From assembly GCA_051313645.2 (NCBI GenBank), contig JBNRSN020000005.1, forward strand, positions 123,876,001-123,940,000: 64,000 nucleotides of DNA, written 5' to 3'. Positions 21,486 to 35,316 of this stretch are shown one piece after another. Below the pieces are notes generated by a model. It ran no database searches. It had not been told where the DNA came from and was given only the letters and a program-made list of their open reading frames with translations. Position 1 is the first letter of the stretch. Each line of letters starts with the position of its first letter. The position numbers were made by a program, and so were the translations under genes. Origin of the DNA: Centroscyllium fabricii (Eukaryota).

Positions 21486-24149
21486 CCAGCAGGAAAGTTT
21501 AAAATATTAAATGCAATTTAAACAGTGCAATTATTGAAATGCTTTAAGGTATGTTTATTTACTGAAACGATGCACTAACTGAATTTTTTAAACTAGTTAT
21601 AGCAAAAAAAAATGCACATAGGAGAATCTGCATCTAAATAGTTAACAGGAAACACAGCACAGTCAGGGTTAAAGTGAAAAAATAACTAATGTCTACCCCA
21701 ACTATCATTTGGCTGACAACTGTAATTACAGGACTTGCTTATTACACCCAAGTCATTATTTATTTAAGTATATCTGGCCTTTTGCAGAGAATAGAGTCTC
21801 TCCAACACCCCCCTCCCCCAACCAACACCCCACCCTTCCCCCAACCCTTGACATAAAAGTTTTACAACTGAATCCAATCAAAACAAGTTCCACTGGTACA
21901 TTGGGCTACTGTCCAAGAAATATGTACATTTCATGAGCTTGGCTATTTTGCCTGAAGCTAGCAATGTGCCTGGACAGGAGTAGCTCATTTTTCTGACCAG
22001 GAAGTTTGAAATTACGAAGAAACCCTCCAAATCACATTGCATCCCTTTACGTAACAGCTTTCACTTTAGGCATCATCACCATTTAGATCAATCATTAATA
22101 ATAATTCCACGCTCAAGGGTTACAGTGTTAATTGACAGAGCTTCACTCAAAGTAGATCAAAAAAAGAATGCATACATAAGCAAGGGGATACTATGAACAG
22201 TTAAAAAAATGAAGATAAGCAGATAGCATGCAAGATATACTGCCAAGTTAAATAAAGGGCAAAGGGTACATAAAACCACAGCCAAGCATTCACATGCTTG
22301 GCTGCAAAAAAAAGGATCTTTAGAAGCATTAGCTCCACCTTGCCCCGCAGCGTGCTAACCTCAACTACAGCTGTACCATCTTTCACTCCAGTGGACTTGC
22401 CTTTCCATAGACAAATTGATTTGCAAAGGTTCAAACTGGCAGCTCTGTCTGCTTTGCATACAGAATGCTCCTCCGTGTCACAATAAAAGTAGCCTGGCAG
22501 ACAGTGGGACACAGCGGGAACTGGCCGGTTCAAAGTCCAAACGACACCCTCCCCTCACCCCAGTCTGGTTTGAAAGGTCACCGCATGTCTGGGAAAAAAG
22601 TGTCTCAGGATCTGAGCCTTTATTAAAGGTCAGTATTATTCAACAGCAGTTAACACACTGGTGCGCAGAAAGAGTGCACACACACAAAACGACCCCGGGG
22701 CTGCTTAGTGGCTACAACTGGAGAGGCTGGGCATTTGTGAACCAATCATTCCTCTGCCCAATGTACACTCACACAGCTACAATGGCAGGGATCAACAGAA
22801 GCCCGGAACGCCTTGGCGTAACCTTGTCACACCTTCGCAAGGTTACAGCAGCTCAAAAAGATTGAGAGTGGACTGCACACACTACTGGTCAGCTCTCTTA
22901 CAGTCACCTCCTATCCCTCTTGTTGCTCCAGTTCTTGATTGATTGGTTTCCAACCATGTTGTATCCTTTTGAAATTAAATTGTTGATCTTTGACTATTTT
23001 TGTTTTCATGTACATCTGCCCTTTATTCTTATTATCTTCACACACTAGTTTCACACTTTTATTCATAACATCCATGCTAGCAGTCACCGGAAAAAGTGAT
23101 TGCCATATCTTAGGTAATTTTTATTGTGAAATGGTTCATCTTGATATTTGGAGAGCGGAGTTACATTTTATCAAAATTAAATCTTATTATTGATACATTT
23201 TGCTTACAATCTATTTTTGAGGGGGGGGGGGGGGAGAATGTGCTTCATCAAAGTTATAGCTGTAATAATAAAAGGAATCCTCTATACAGTGGAAAGTGGG
23301 GGTGTGACTGTGTGGCCATTCAGCAGCTTAAGGGAGTGACGGGTGGCCATGCTTTACTGCGGCATTTGGTAGCGCCTTTAAAAAGCTATCAACTCAAAAG
23401 CAAAACGATGGCTGCCAGCAAAACCTCGAGCACGCTCGAGACCATGGCACATGTAGTCATCCTCGACTCGGTCCCAGCTAACTCAGCACTGCTTCAGGAC
23501 CAAGACAACCGAGTGGGACATGCTCGCTTAGGCCATTAAAAGGAGGCAAAGTATCCTTTTCTCCAGACCTGTTTACGTCAGAACATCCTTGAAGTGGCAT
23601 TATATAAAACCTAGGTAGACTAGTTTAGAAAAGAACTGTAATGTTGTGCCTTTAGGAGATTGCTGGCTGCCGCAGCAGCTGCCTTACAAGTTATACGACA
23701 AATTCACTTACTGAGTGACACGGGCTTTGTTGACAAGCCAATTCAATCAACTGCCGCAACCAACAAAGTAACAGGCTGCATTCTCTGAATAAAGAACATG
23801 GAATCATGCCTACATTTTCGAGTGCACTCAGACCTATCTATCCTACTACATGAGGCTGAAAAGGATGAATGAATTAGATGCAGTAGATTGTAATTAATGG
23901 CAAGGCTGTCACTGCATCTCTTCACAGAGTTCTGAGCATTAGCTGCCTTCATGTTCAGGGAGATTGGAACCTGCACGGAGTCCCAGGGCCATGCAGTAGT
24001 CTCTGCCAACAATGTCCGAGCCTCTCGTACTGAATGAAAAGAGGCAACGTTGAATTTGGCACAATTCTGATCTGTCCAGTAGCAACCCTCTGTTTGTCAA
24101 AAAAATACATTAAAATTATACTTACCAATTTTCTTTCAGACTTTCTCCC

Positions 24150-24470
24150 CTTCCTTATCCTGCCTCTCCTGAAGGCAGTGACTGGTGCTGGGGGATAGTT
24201 CCATAGGCACTAGTGGTCCTCTGATTCCTTGCCCAAGTGGCTGTCCTTCATGTGTGAACCTGGACAGTGACTGTCAGCAGGCCTCATGGTCAATGGCAAG
24301 AGGGGTCTGTTACAACTCAGTCTGACCCTGCCATCACCCAAGGGGCACAGAAGAGCTCACCAGCACAAGTACAGCAGCAGCATATCAATCAGGAGTGAGA
24401 ACCTGGGCAATTGTTCTCCTCCACAGCCCAGGGACAGCCAACGTTATTGTTTCCCACTACCAGTTAACTC
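24150..24470 (-). mobile_element. Diverged old SINE-like repeat
   Basis: ctctcctgaaggcagtgac...cttcatgtgtgaacctggacagtga...gttaactcagcaca, reverse of the 59705-60110 family. Confidence 0.55.
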
Positions 24471-25429
24471 AGCACAATCTGTGTCAGACTTTATGGAAAG
24501 GTACTTTCTTTGAATTCATGCAACACATTAAAACAAAATATTGTAACATGCAGAATCATTTCTGGATCAGAGCTGAACTAACTTAGATCTGCTCAGATCC
24601 TTCTCATGTCGCCCAGTTCAGATGAATTCAGAAATCTAAAACTTCCTATCTACAGTTCTTAGACCTTAGTTATTGGATTCTGAATCTGACAACCAGTTTC
24701 TGACCCATTTATTCAGAATATGTCAGCAAATCAATTCCTAATTTATTACACCATCATTTTGGAAAAGCGTGCGCATCAATAATGGCAAAACCAGTCACAG
24801 GATAAGGGTCAGCTTATTAGTGGAACTGAAAAGTATCCTGTAAAATATATATTTTTTAAGAATTTGATAGCAGCATCTTCATGATGCCTGCACAGTTAAA
24901 ACGCTTCAGAAAGGAAGTCCTTCACCATCTTGGTTCCTATCATGCAATTTATTTACTTTAGGTATTTATCACTTGCCAAACCAAGCCATGTCTGACACTA
25001 GAATCCCTTTAAATGTAAAGGTTTACTTTTGTCTACTTTTATTTCCTACTCCTGTCCATTCACAACAAACTACCTCCATCTTGCATTCCTGTTGGGAACA
25101 GATTCAAATGGCTGGCAGGTTCATCCAGAGTATCTGACATTGCTGCTAAGGCATATAATGCTCAAACGGAATTGTTCATTTTCCCCAAAGCCCTTTCCCC
25201 ACCACCCCTCCCCCACCTACACACATACAGGCATAGATGGTAAAGCAATTAATCAGTTTATGTGCCAGCCACTCTTCCCCAACAACAAACTTCTCTTTAT
25301 ATAGCACCCATCATCTAATGACACATCCTACAGTAACTTTCTATTAATAGAGTAAATTCTATTAATTGTGTGACTTCTTGCATTTGTCCACCCCGGTCCA
25401 ACACCAGCACCGTGTTTGGTGTCAATGGT

Positions 25430-26940
25430 GGAGCACAGGGGAAAGGACTGCACAGTAGACTGGAGTTGGAGGAGTGAATGCTGGGAAGTGCGACTGGAGA
25501 AGGTAGCAGAAATAGGGTGGACTAGGGCCCTGAAGTGATTTGAAGTTGCAGATGAGGATTTTAAAGTTTACACACTGGGGATAAGGAATAAGTGGAGTCG
25601 GCGAGGATAGGGTGCCTAGTACCGTGTGTTTGTGTGGTTGCAGAGTTATAGATCAGTTGGAGTTTGTGTAGGATGAAGCTGTTAAGACTGGTGAGGAAAA
25701 TGTTGGAGATGTTGATAAAAATGTGGATGAGGTTTTCAGCAGCAGTGAAAGTAAGGTGCTCCAGCGGTGAATGTACGGCGGTGGGCAGTGTTCCAGAGGT
25801 GAATGTACAGCGAGGACAGTGTTCCAGAGGTGAATGTACGGCGAGGACAGTGTTCCAGAGGTGAATGTACAGTGGGGGCAATGTTCCAGAGGTGAATGTA
25901 CGGTGGGGGCAGTGTTCCAGAGGTGAATGTACAGCGAGGACAGTGTTCCAGAGGTGAATGTACAGCGAGGACAGTGTTCCAGAGGTGAATGTACAGCGAG
26001 GACAGTGTTCCAGAGGTGAATGTACGGCGAGGACAGTGTTCCAGAGGTGAATGTACAGTGGGGGCAGTGTTCCAGAGGTGAATGTACAGTGAGGACAGTG
26101 TTCCAGAGGTGAATGTACAGTGGGGGCAATGTTCCAGAGGTGAATGTACGGTGGGGGCAATGTTCCAGAGGTGAATGTACAGTGGGGGCAGTGTTCCAGC
26201 GGTGAATATATGGTGGGGGCAATGTTCCAGAGGTGAATGTACAGTGGGGGTAGTGTTCCAGAGGTGAATGTACGGTGGGGGCAGTGTTCCAGAGGTGAAT
26301 GTACAGTGGGGGCAGTGTTCCAGAGGTGAATGCACGGTGGGGGCAATGTTCCAGAGGTGAATGTACGGTGGGGGCAATGTTCCAGAGGTGAATGTACAGT
26401 GGGGGCAGTGTTCCAGAGGTGAATGTACGGTGGGGGCAATGTTCCAGAGGTGAATGTACGGTGGGGGCAATGTTCCAGAGGTGAATGTGCGGTGGGGGCA
26501 GTGTTCCAGAGGTGAATGCACGGTGGGGGCAATGTTCCAGAGGTGAATGTACGGTGGGGGCAGTGTTCCAGAGGTGAATGTACAGTGGGGGCAATGTTCC
26601 AGAGGTGAATGTACGGTGGGGGCAATGTTCCAGAGGTGAATGTACAGTGGGGGCAATGTTCCAGAGGTGAATGTACAGTGGGGGCAGTGTTCCAGAGGTG
26701 AATGTACGGCGAGGATAGTGTTCCAGAGGTGAATGTACAGTGGGGGCAATGTTCCAGAGGTGAATGTACGGCGAGGATAGTGTTCCAGAGGTCAATGCAC
26801 AGTGGGGGCAGTGTTCCAGAGGTGAATGCACGGTGGGGGCAGTGTTCCAGAGGTGAATGTAAGTGGTCTCATTGATGGGCCAGATGTGTTATTTGAAACG
26901 TAGCTCACAGTCAAACAGAACACCAAGGATGCACACCTTT
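25430..26940 (-). mobile_element. Old L2 fragment hosting the minisatellite
   Basis: Minus-strand remnant AAENLIHIFI..SNIFLTSL..FILHKLQLIYNSA; continues after 26860 (gctcacagtcaaacagaacaccaagg). Confidence 0.6.
25757..26860. repeat. 31-bp minisatellite, ~35 copies
   Basis: Unit gttccagaggtgaatgtac(a/g)g(tgggg/cgag)...ca(a/g)t with period 31; explains the three 31-aa-repeat ORFs on -. Confidence 0.97.
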
Positions 26941-29900
26941 GGGGTCTATCTGAGTGAAATGGAATTGGTGCTTGAAGCACAAAGTTTTTGGTGAGAGGCA
27001 ATAATGATGCCAGCACAAAGCTGAAAAGTAAACATCTAAAGTGCAATACAATCCTATGAGATCAGTTAGACAAACACAGACTTCACAAATTGAAGGCAAA
27101 TGATAGCAATTTGTAGAAAAGTAAAAGACAGCATTTAGATAGCTACTAAAGTTCACTGATTGTTCATGCAAACATTACAGGACTTTAGTAGCTGCCATTT
27201 TGGGGCATACAGCCATCTGTATTTCAGACCAATTTACCTCAGCTCATCCTTATTCTTTGCCATGTATCTTGGGATACATAATACATGTGTGGACAGAAAT
27301 ATGCTGTTCAGACCTGGTCCCAGTGAGGTTTACTCCACACAGCAGTTTGTACCTGTCTGGATTGGAACAGGAACTTTTTGTCTGCACATTCATCATACAT
27401 TCCAAAATGCACTGCTTTAAGTAGAACTGAATGATTACCCTCGTTGGTCATTCAGAAGCAAGTTCAGGAGCATTATGGAAAGCAATATAGTGGAATAAAA
27501 TAATGTAAATAAACCAACAGCGGGCATTAATGTTACATTGTTCAACACATTTGAATGCTTTTCACAAATGTAATGTCTGCACCAAGATATTTAGAATGCG
27601 ATATTCCACCACATTAGAATGCCTGCCACGGACAGAGTACTGCTGAACAAACAGGAATTTTATATGTGTTTAACACAACAAGTGCTGTAACTAATACTCC
27701 AAGGGTTAAAAGCACTATGCAACTTGAGTTATTGCAAATTAAATTAAAACCTTTTTTGTAAACATAGACAGGTTATCAATCGATGCGATGTCTGGAATTA
27801 AGTAACCACAAAGCACCTCCCCAACATGGATATTTCAGTTATGTGCTCCCCAGACATTGCCATTAATATTGACAGCAAATCTATATTCAAAAACAGTTTG
27901 GGCAGCCTAAAAGTTACATTATTAAAAATTCCTTTTTATTACATTGTTTACTTTTCTCTCCATTTATTAATACCTCTCTGCCATTTCTAACTCTTCTGGT
28001 CAGTAGACCTTGCTCATATTTTCAGGTTACATTGTTTGCCATGGTACCTCTTCCCTGCAGCCATCTGTGGGTATAAATGCCCCATGCAGACTCATGGTTG
28101 ATGAGAAGGCAGCATTTGCACAGGGACTGACTCCTTAATTACAGTTTACCCAGAATCCTTAGCAATCCAAATGGTCTCCATAAGTGAGCACAGAATGCTC
28201 TGGCCATAGGAAAAAAAACAACTGAGGAACATTCAGAATAATAGAATAATTAAAGGCAAGGAATAAATCATGCAATGGCTGACCTGACTTCTACCACTCA
28301 ATGCCTTTAATTTGAAATAACTCAAGATCTATGGCACTATTAAAGTACAATTTTTGCCATCCATTTAAACATTTGGGGAATTGTAAGTGCGATGGAATAA
28401 ATAAGTAGTAGAAAATTACTGAGTTTAAAAGGGTGGTTTTCTGAACCATTGGCTTTTGCACTTATGTGAAATGGCCAAGCATATTTGCAATTTTCAACAC
28501 CTTCATCGGCTATTTTAAAAGTTACATATAGTCCACAGGCTTATTTTTCCCCACTAGAAAACTAAATGTGATTGTGCAAGGCCCTAGGCACTTTACATAC
28601 ATTACATAAAGACCTCACAATTCAGACGTCAGACTCCCAGACTACAAAATCCAGACAGCACTACTACACAGAAATGTTTGACAAAGGTGTCATGTGATGT
28701 TAAGCATGAAACCTAACACATGAACACTAACCTTTAGCCCTCTCTCAGTATTTGAAATTTAGATTTGGTTTAGTTACAGAATGCCTTCTATAGGTCTGAA
28801 CTGAAAGACTATGCACTGATACTTGTGCTGACAGTACTGTAAAAGGTCTCCGTCTCACACAAGAGATTTAGGCCACTAGACATAACACAGATTTGAATTT
28901 CTAAATGCCACTATGGGCACTGGGCTATGCTAAATCTCAAACTCGTTTAATCATCCCACATCTAATCTGGTTGTTTTAACTGAAACACGGTTTAGAAGCA
29001 GAGGCTCTTGAAGCTAGCAAGCAGATTTGCCATACACACACTTATACATGTGGTAAAGTACTTCTGCAAGAAACAAAGCATAACATTCTCTTAAAGTGAC
29101 TATAACCCTTGCTGCTGGCCTGTATTTCTACCCGACCATAACTAATTTCTCAGACATTTCTTCCATACTCCATTCTAGTCAATAAATGCCCATGTAGTTG
29201 CTTTGGAAATCAGGTTTCATTGCTGCAAAACAAACTTCAAGTGAATCTTCAAGGATGACATGCATGGTAAGCATTACATTTTATGATTAAAAATAAATGC
29301 AATACCTAAAGTAGGATAATGTGTGGAATTTACTTTTATAGTTGTTAAAGGGAGCAAGGGCCCAATTTTCATCCTTTGCCCTCTGTAAGGAGTATTATTT
29401 TGCTCCTGCATAGAGACAAAGCAGGGATTTGTGGCAGTACCTACGGAAAATGATTTCACCTATTATCTTAGTTAGGACTGCTGTCATGGAACATAAGATA
29501 AGGCAATCCCTGCAGCGCTCAGGGTAGGTCAAAGCTCCCGGTCTCTTACTGCAGAATTCTTAAATGTGGTTATTGCTGGAGAGTGGCTCTTGAATGTAAT
29601 GAAAGCATAGTACAGGTATGAAGTAACAGCCAAACTGGTGTGACACAAAATAAAATTTTCAACGCAGGAATCCAAAAAAGGCGGGAATCTCGATTTTGAG
29701 GAAAACCAGTCCTTCTACTTGCATGAGGTAGGCATCGGCTATTATATCCGTGATTGTGGGGCACAGCATATTCAGCAGTACAGAATGATTCAAGTGCCAT
29801 TTACATCTCATTGGCATGCAGTTGGATGGCCTAGTGGGACAGTGAGTTTTAGCACGAACACAATATACCACGTGCTGGTCACAATTTGTTATATGGGAGC

Positions 29901-32042
29901 TTTCCAGTTTAAGCTGGGTGGGACAGAATGACGAGACACTTCCTTTGAAGGGTAGAAAGCAAGTCATTCTGCTCTTGTGCACCTCCCAGTGGCTGGCCCA
30001 GAGCGGCAGTGACCAAAGCCTGGTTACAGGTTATCTGCCTGACTTCTCAGTTGGGGAAATCTTGCAAGACATGGGGTTGGGGTGCAAGAAAGAATCTAAA
30101 TAGGCAGGAAAATAAATGATTTACTAAATAAAGGGGGGAAAATAAACCTGTAACAGAGTATCAATAACGTTGCATTAGCATCGCAACAAATACTAAGGTG
30201 CAATTTTAAGTACAATTGGAACTGTGTTTGTGCCGATGTACAGGGAAACTGCTTTGCGAGGCTTATTTATCGATCAAGCATGGCTTTAAAAATTCAATAT
30301 TTCTGCATGCACAATAGTCCCTTTGTTATTGTAACTTTGTCAGAATATCTTGTACAATTTGCAAATCTCATGCACTGAAGTACACATACGTAACAATCTG
30401 CAGCACTTAAACCTAATTTTTAGAATGGCTGGGGCAGTCTTACTGCGATCATGCTCCTGTCACATCTGTTATTTTAACTGTAATCAACTTAGCCTTTTAT
30501 CTTGCTTACATAAATAAAAGTTCACCATTTGCTAAGTAAAATTTATTTGGTGTTCAATTAGAGCATTGTTTGATATTGGGACGCTACTTTCCCCGGTTCC
30601 CAAAAAGACTTAAAATTTTAATCAAGCTACATTAAATATTGTTCTGTCGGTAGCTCTTAATGCATGTCTGAACAATGCCTTTAATTCATTCATTTAAGCT
30701 TTACCTACAGTACAGTGTGTAAGGTAGAGCTTAAATGAGCTATAATCAGGCTTTGCAATAATGCTCCCCATGGTCACATAGTCTGCTGGCTCTCACTACT
30801 TCAGCTCACAGATAAAGAACGGGTATTTGACTGAGGTTCGGGGGGGGGGGGGGGGGCAGGGGGTAGCATTCCTGGCACCAATGGAATTGTACCTCAGTCT
30901 GAGTTAGCACCATAAGGAGAGAAGGGGGGGGGAAGGCAGAAGCAGAAAGGTTGGGGTAGATTAAAATGTATATTCTGAAGACTTGGCTTCTAATTGTTTT
31001 GATCAGGTAGCAAAAGAAAAGTAGACAGTGCCTGTGTTTAAAAAAAAGAAATCCTTGCAACCTCAGTAAAGTTGGTTTAAGAATAATGTCACAAGTTACA
31101 CGGCTTGCCACTGTATATTTTGTGGTGAAGTTACTGTTTATTGGCAGGGTAAGAGTTAAGTCACATAATACTAAGCTCCATTTTATTTTGGCTTCCTTGT
31201 ACTGTCTGTGCCAGTTAACCTTTGGTCTACAGTCCACTAAATGCAAATGTCAGATGAACTTCACCTTCTTCCCCTCCCCTTCAAAAAAAACCCAACAAAA
31301 CCAAAACACACAATAAAACATTATTATATAGACTTAGTTCTTGGGGAAAACTAAAGTCTCCTAATCTTTAAATTGTTCTCAAAGCCTTAAGGGCACTTGG
31401 AGACTGAATACTGTATTTATGAAGACCAGACTACTTCCCCTCCCCACAACCCCTTTTTCAGACTAATAGTTGACCTTTCATCCTTTAAAATGGACAAAAA
31501 GCAGACAAAACACATCAGTGTTCAGGCGCTTGTTTACCTCAGCTGTCCACACCTTGCATTCCAGGACCAACTATCTATAGACTTTAACCTTGTGTGTTTT
31601 ACAAACAGTTAGGTCCCGAGCAAGGGCATCGATATATAGTTTCATGTCATATATGTGAAAACAAGCGCTAAAAAGAAAAGATGCCCAGTAAAAGCCAGTT
31701 TTGTAAGCCTGTAAAAGACTCATCTTTGAGCACACAATGCTGCGGAAAAAGCAGTTTTAGCTGTAGATGTGTTTTGTGTTTCACTAGACTGACATCAAAG
31801 TATCTGATGGCATTAAAATGCGTTTAAAATCTGATCAAATACGCGTTATAAATGACCGATGGAAAATTTATTTTACTGTCTTTGAAGTTCTTAGGGTTTA
31901 AAGGCCAAAGTTCTATTTTTATTTTATTAGTTCTGTGGTTCTCACTCTAAATCAAGAAAACCATAATGGCGATTTAATGCTTTTAACACTTTCTAACTGG
32001 GCCACGTTCAAATTTGTGTCACTTCAAGAACCTAAAACATTT

Positions 32043-32074
<32 letters not shown>

Positions 32075-32710
32075 TAAAATACCAGAGGAACTCTTTGATA
32101 GTCACATTTCAACTTGGAAAACAAACTAGATCAGATCATTGAAACTGTTCAGAATATCTTATATTTATTATTAAAATTACTGAAGACTCCATGACCTTCA
32201 TCAGGTTGGAGACAAGCTCTTAACAAAAGAGCTAGGCCTCAACTGGCAATACCCTGTATTCTTTTGAATGACAATACCACCCGTTTAAATAAGGTACTTT
32301 CCAACAACTCAAATCATTTTCACCACAAACAACAACAAATTACACTGTAGCTTCCAATACCCATATTTGTAGCATTTAAGATCCATTCTCAATATGCCAT
32401 GGTGTGCCTCACGGACAAAAACATGTTTTTAAATGCTTCTCTCTTCCTGTCTCAGTGCTTGCTTGTATCTTCTCAAATTATTTCTGTCTTCCTTTCTGGG
32501 TTTTTTTCTCTCCTTGTCTTCCTTTCTCTCATTTTCATTCTCTCTCTCGCTCATGTGTACGCCTCGGGAACATTTTCTATTGTTGTCAGCTTTGTATCTG
32601 TTTGTCCATGATGCTTTTTTACTCTTTCTATAAACTCTTTATGTCATAAAACTGCAGTGTGGTTCTCTCACCATTAGCTGCATTCTGAAATATAAACTTA
32701 TCCCACTTAC

Positions 32711-32784
32711 TTTTCTAGCAGTGGCAGAGATCTACGTTTTTTGTTGAGGATATTGGATTCGTTGGCTCCAGTTCTGGCCAACAG
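32711..32784 (-). pseudogene. Candidate exon, phase 0>2: LLARTGANESNILNKKRRSLPLLE
   Basis: Acceptor ctgttcttcatcag, donor AA|gtaagt, open frame; no phase-linked neighbour identified. Confidence 0.3.
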
Positions 32785-32934
32785 CTGATGAAGAACAGCG
32801 CCAGGTAGAAATATCAACAGGTAAATCTAACACCAGGATACAAATATAATGCTACTATTCCAAAACCAGCACAGCCATTTAGCAACACCTCACGGTAGAC
32901 AATTGTTGTGGGTGGGAGAGCTAAATGGGTGGTA

Positions 32935-33218
32935 CATAGAAACATAGAAGATAGGAGCAGGAGTAGGCCATTCGGCCCCTCGAACCTGCTCCACCATTCA
33001 ATTAGATCATGACTGATCTTTCAGATTCAGTACCCTATCCCTGCCTTCTCCCCATATCCCTTGATCCCTTCAGCCTGAAGAAATATATCCAACTCCTTCT
33101 TGAATATATTCAATGAACCGGCCTCCACCGCCTTCTGTGGCAGAGAATTCCACAGGTTCACCACTCTCTGGGTGAAGAAATTCCCCCTCATCTCTGTCCT
33201 AAATGGCTTTCCCCTTAT
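32935..33218 (-). mobile_element. CR1 LINE 3' end
   Basis: IRGKPFRTEMRGNFFTQRVVNLWNSLPQKAVEAGSLNIFKKELDIFL plus (tttctatg) tail. Confidence 0.92.
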
Positions 33219-33399
33219 CCATAGGGCATCAGCCTCCCCGTATATGCCCCACCTGATATTCAGTTCCATTGAAGTCAACCGCCCAAGACAAATTCTTTAC
33301 CCCCTTAAGCCTCCCCTGCCCTCTCTGCTCTCTTCTGTCTTCCACTCGCTATGTGCTTCTCTCACACTTCTGCGTCAAAATGTTGTCAGGACTTGGCTG

Positions 33400-33625
33400 A
33401 CGTTCCAGAGCAGTAGTGAGGGAATGCTGCATTGTTGGAGGTGTCGTCTTTGGATGAACTATTAAAGCTAGGTCTATAGGTTCCGTGGTTCAGGTTGACA
33501 GTAAAATCTCTCCGCACTATTCAAAGAGCAGGGAATTCTCCCAGTTTCCTGGCTAAAATGCCTCCCTCGAATAATACCACCAAAAACAGATTTGCTGGTC
33601 ATTCAGCTTACTGCTCTTTGTGGAT
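33400..33625 (+). mobile_element. Deu-domain SINE remnant
   Basis: ttggaggtgtcgtctttggatga...taaaatc...gcactattcaaagagcagggaattctccc..cctggc resembles the DeuSINE central domain. Confidence 0.6.
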
Positions 33626-33888
33626 CAAGCTCTTTGGAATCGTTTTGGTGTTAAAGTCGTATACAGGTACAGGTATAAGCATTTTTACTTTTCATTAGTT
33701 CTCATTCTCCGTTTTCTCGCCGTCACTCACCTATTTCCTCCCATGAAAATCTGGAGCCAGTCTCAGTTTTCTGTAGAAAAGATTTAGTTTCTCCCTCAGT
33801 ACAAAGTGGGGAGTGGCACTGAGTCTGAGGCCAGGACCTGATTGATTGGAATGCACCTTTACCCTGAACAAAAGGTCTTTTTGATACT

Positions 33889-34053
33889 ATAGCAAAATAC
33901 TGCAGATGCTGGAAATCCGAAATAACAGAAAACGCTGGAGAAATTCAGCAGGCCAGGCAGCATCGGTGGAGAGAGAAACAGAGTTAACGTTAACTCTGTT
34001 TCTCTCTCCACCGATGTTGCCTGGCCTGCTGAATTTCTCCAGCGTTTTCTGTT
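33889..34053. mobile_element. Penelope-derived near-perfect palindrome (family B)
   Basis: ~64-bp arms with no spacer, centred on gttaac|gttaac (33988/33989); 14-bp TSD gtctttttgatact at 33875-33888 / 34054-34067. Confidence 0.88.
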
Positions 34054-34148
34054 GTCTTTTTGATACTGTTGTGCTGGATCTGGATTCACAGCCTCACCAG
34101 TACTGAATATTCTGGGAGGTACTGCAAAGCAGGCTGGTGAGAGAAAGT

Positions 34149-34237
34149 AGGAAGTCACACAACACCAGGTTATAGTCCAACAGTTTTATTTGAAATCACA
34201 AGCTTTCGGAGCGCTGCTCCTTCGTCAGGTGAAGTGG
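34149..34237 (-). mobile_element. Penelope pseudo-LTR fragment (family A) with an intact hammerhead motif at 34195-34232
   Basis: Reverse strand: tcac-CTGACGA-a-GGAGC agc GCTCC-GAAA-gctt-gtga. Confidence 0.8.
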
Positions 34238-35316
34238 AGAGTAGGGCTGCAGCCTGGAGCTGGGAGGGAATGTTTGGCCTGGGACTGGTCTAGACGGAGG
34301 GAGCACAGACACTAGGAAGGAGAAAGCAAGATTTTGGTGGGGGGCTCAGACTGGGGCCTGAGAGGAAGTGGGGGTCTGGGTTAAGAGTTAAGATACACCT
34401 TTATCCCAGGCAAGATGGTTTTTCTTACCACTGCATTGGATTCAGACTTTTAGACCCAACTAGTACTGGCACAACTACAGCACTCCTTCAGTGTAGCATT
34501 GGTACATCAGACCAAATGATGGGCTCAAGTCCTGCTGCAACACAGGAAGGCGAGAGGGAGAATGTGAAATAGGGACTGGTGTTAAGAAGAGGTTTTGGGA
34601 AGGTGCCTGGGCTTGGAGGGAGTAAGTGATGAGGGCAGAGCTGAGAGGCAACAGTGATGCCTGGATACTGAGGGGTCATTTTGAGTTATTCAGATATACA
34701 CATTATTAAATACAACTTTTTTTAAACTTTGCCTTATTTTGTGTCAGTAGTGTAATTTCATAATGATACAATTTAAATCTAAGTACTTTCCAAAGCATGT
34801 ATAAAGTAACAGTAGCAAAACTTGAATACCCCAGAAGGAAAAGCCTTTGGCATATAATTACATAAAATTACATTTGTCAGCCAATGCTGGGAATTCAATC
34901 TAAATTGCCCGCACACACTTTTACATATACACAATATACCGTTAATAATCTAGGTTCACATTATTATTTCAGTATTTTCTAAATCAGTGCCATAAACTCC
35001 CAGGGACCGTTTGCGCAGAAAAGCACAGGATGCAGGAGACAATGGCATGTTTCAGACCCTCTGACAGGAGTAGCACCTTCCCAGCCTTCCCTACCTGACC
35101 CTGAATGACATGTGCTGTACTGCTTTGCCTCCCCACCATCACTCCCTGGTCAACAGCCTTGAGCCTAACTTTAATTTTTTTCACTACTCAGTGAGAATAG
35201 GAGGTGAGAAAAAAAACACATATGAAAGTTGGTCTGGATGCTGGCTGAGCTGGAGGACACTGTACAATATTCTAGACATGTGGCATGCAATATTATTTTA
35301 CACACACAAGATATTC

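Noticed and set aside
22400-24029. Further possible minus-strand exons (near 24029, 22587 and 22493; also ~48446-48559, ~54489-54626 and ~5096-5171)
   Set aside because: Splice-like signals are present, but frame or phase could not be tied to neighbours, so they are indistinguishable from chance.
25561-26831. Three long His/Pro-rich ORFs as genes
   Set aside because: Automatic result of a stop-free 31-bp unit; all three frames give the same peptide.
25757-26860. CRISPR-like array (constant core plus variable segment)
   Set aside because: The variable parts are ~11-nt point variants of one another, not unique spacers; no cas genes; vertebrate context.
27000-32700. Repeat-poor interval as a conserved enhancer region
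   Set aside because: Conservation cannot be judged without alignments.
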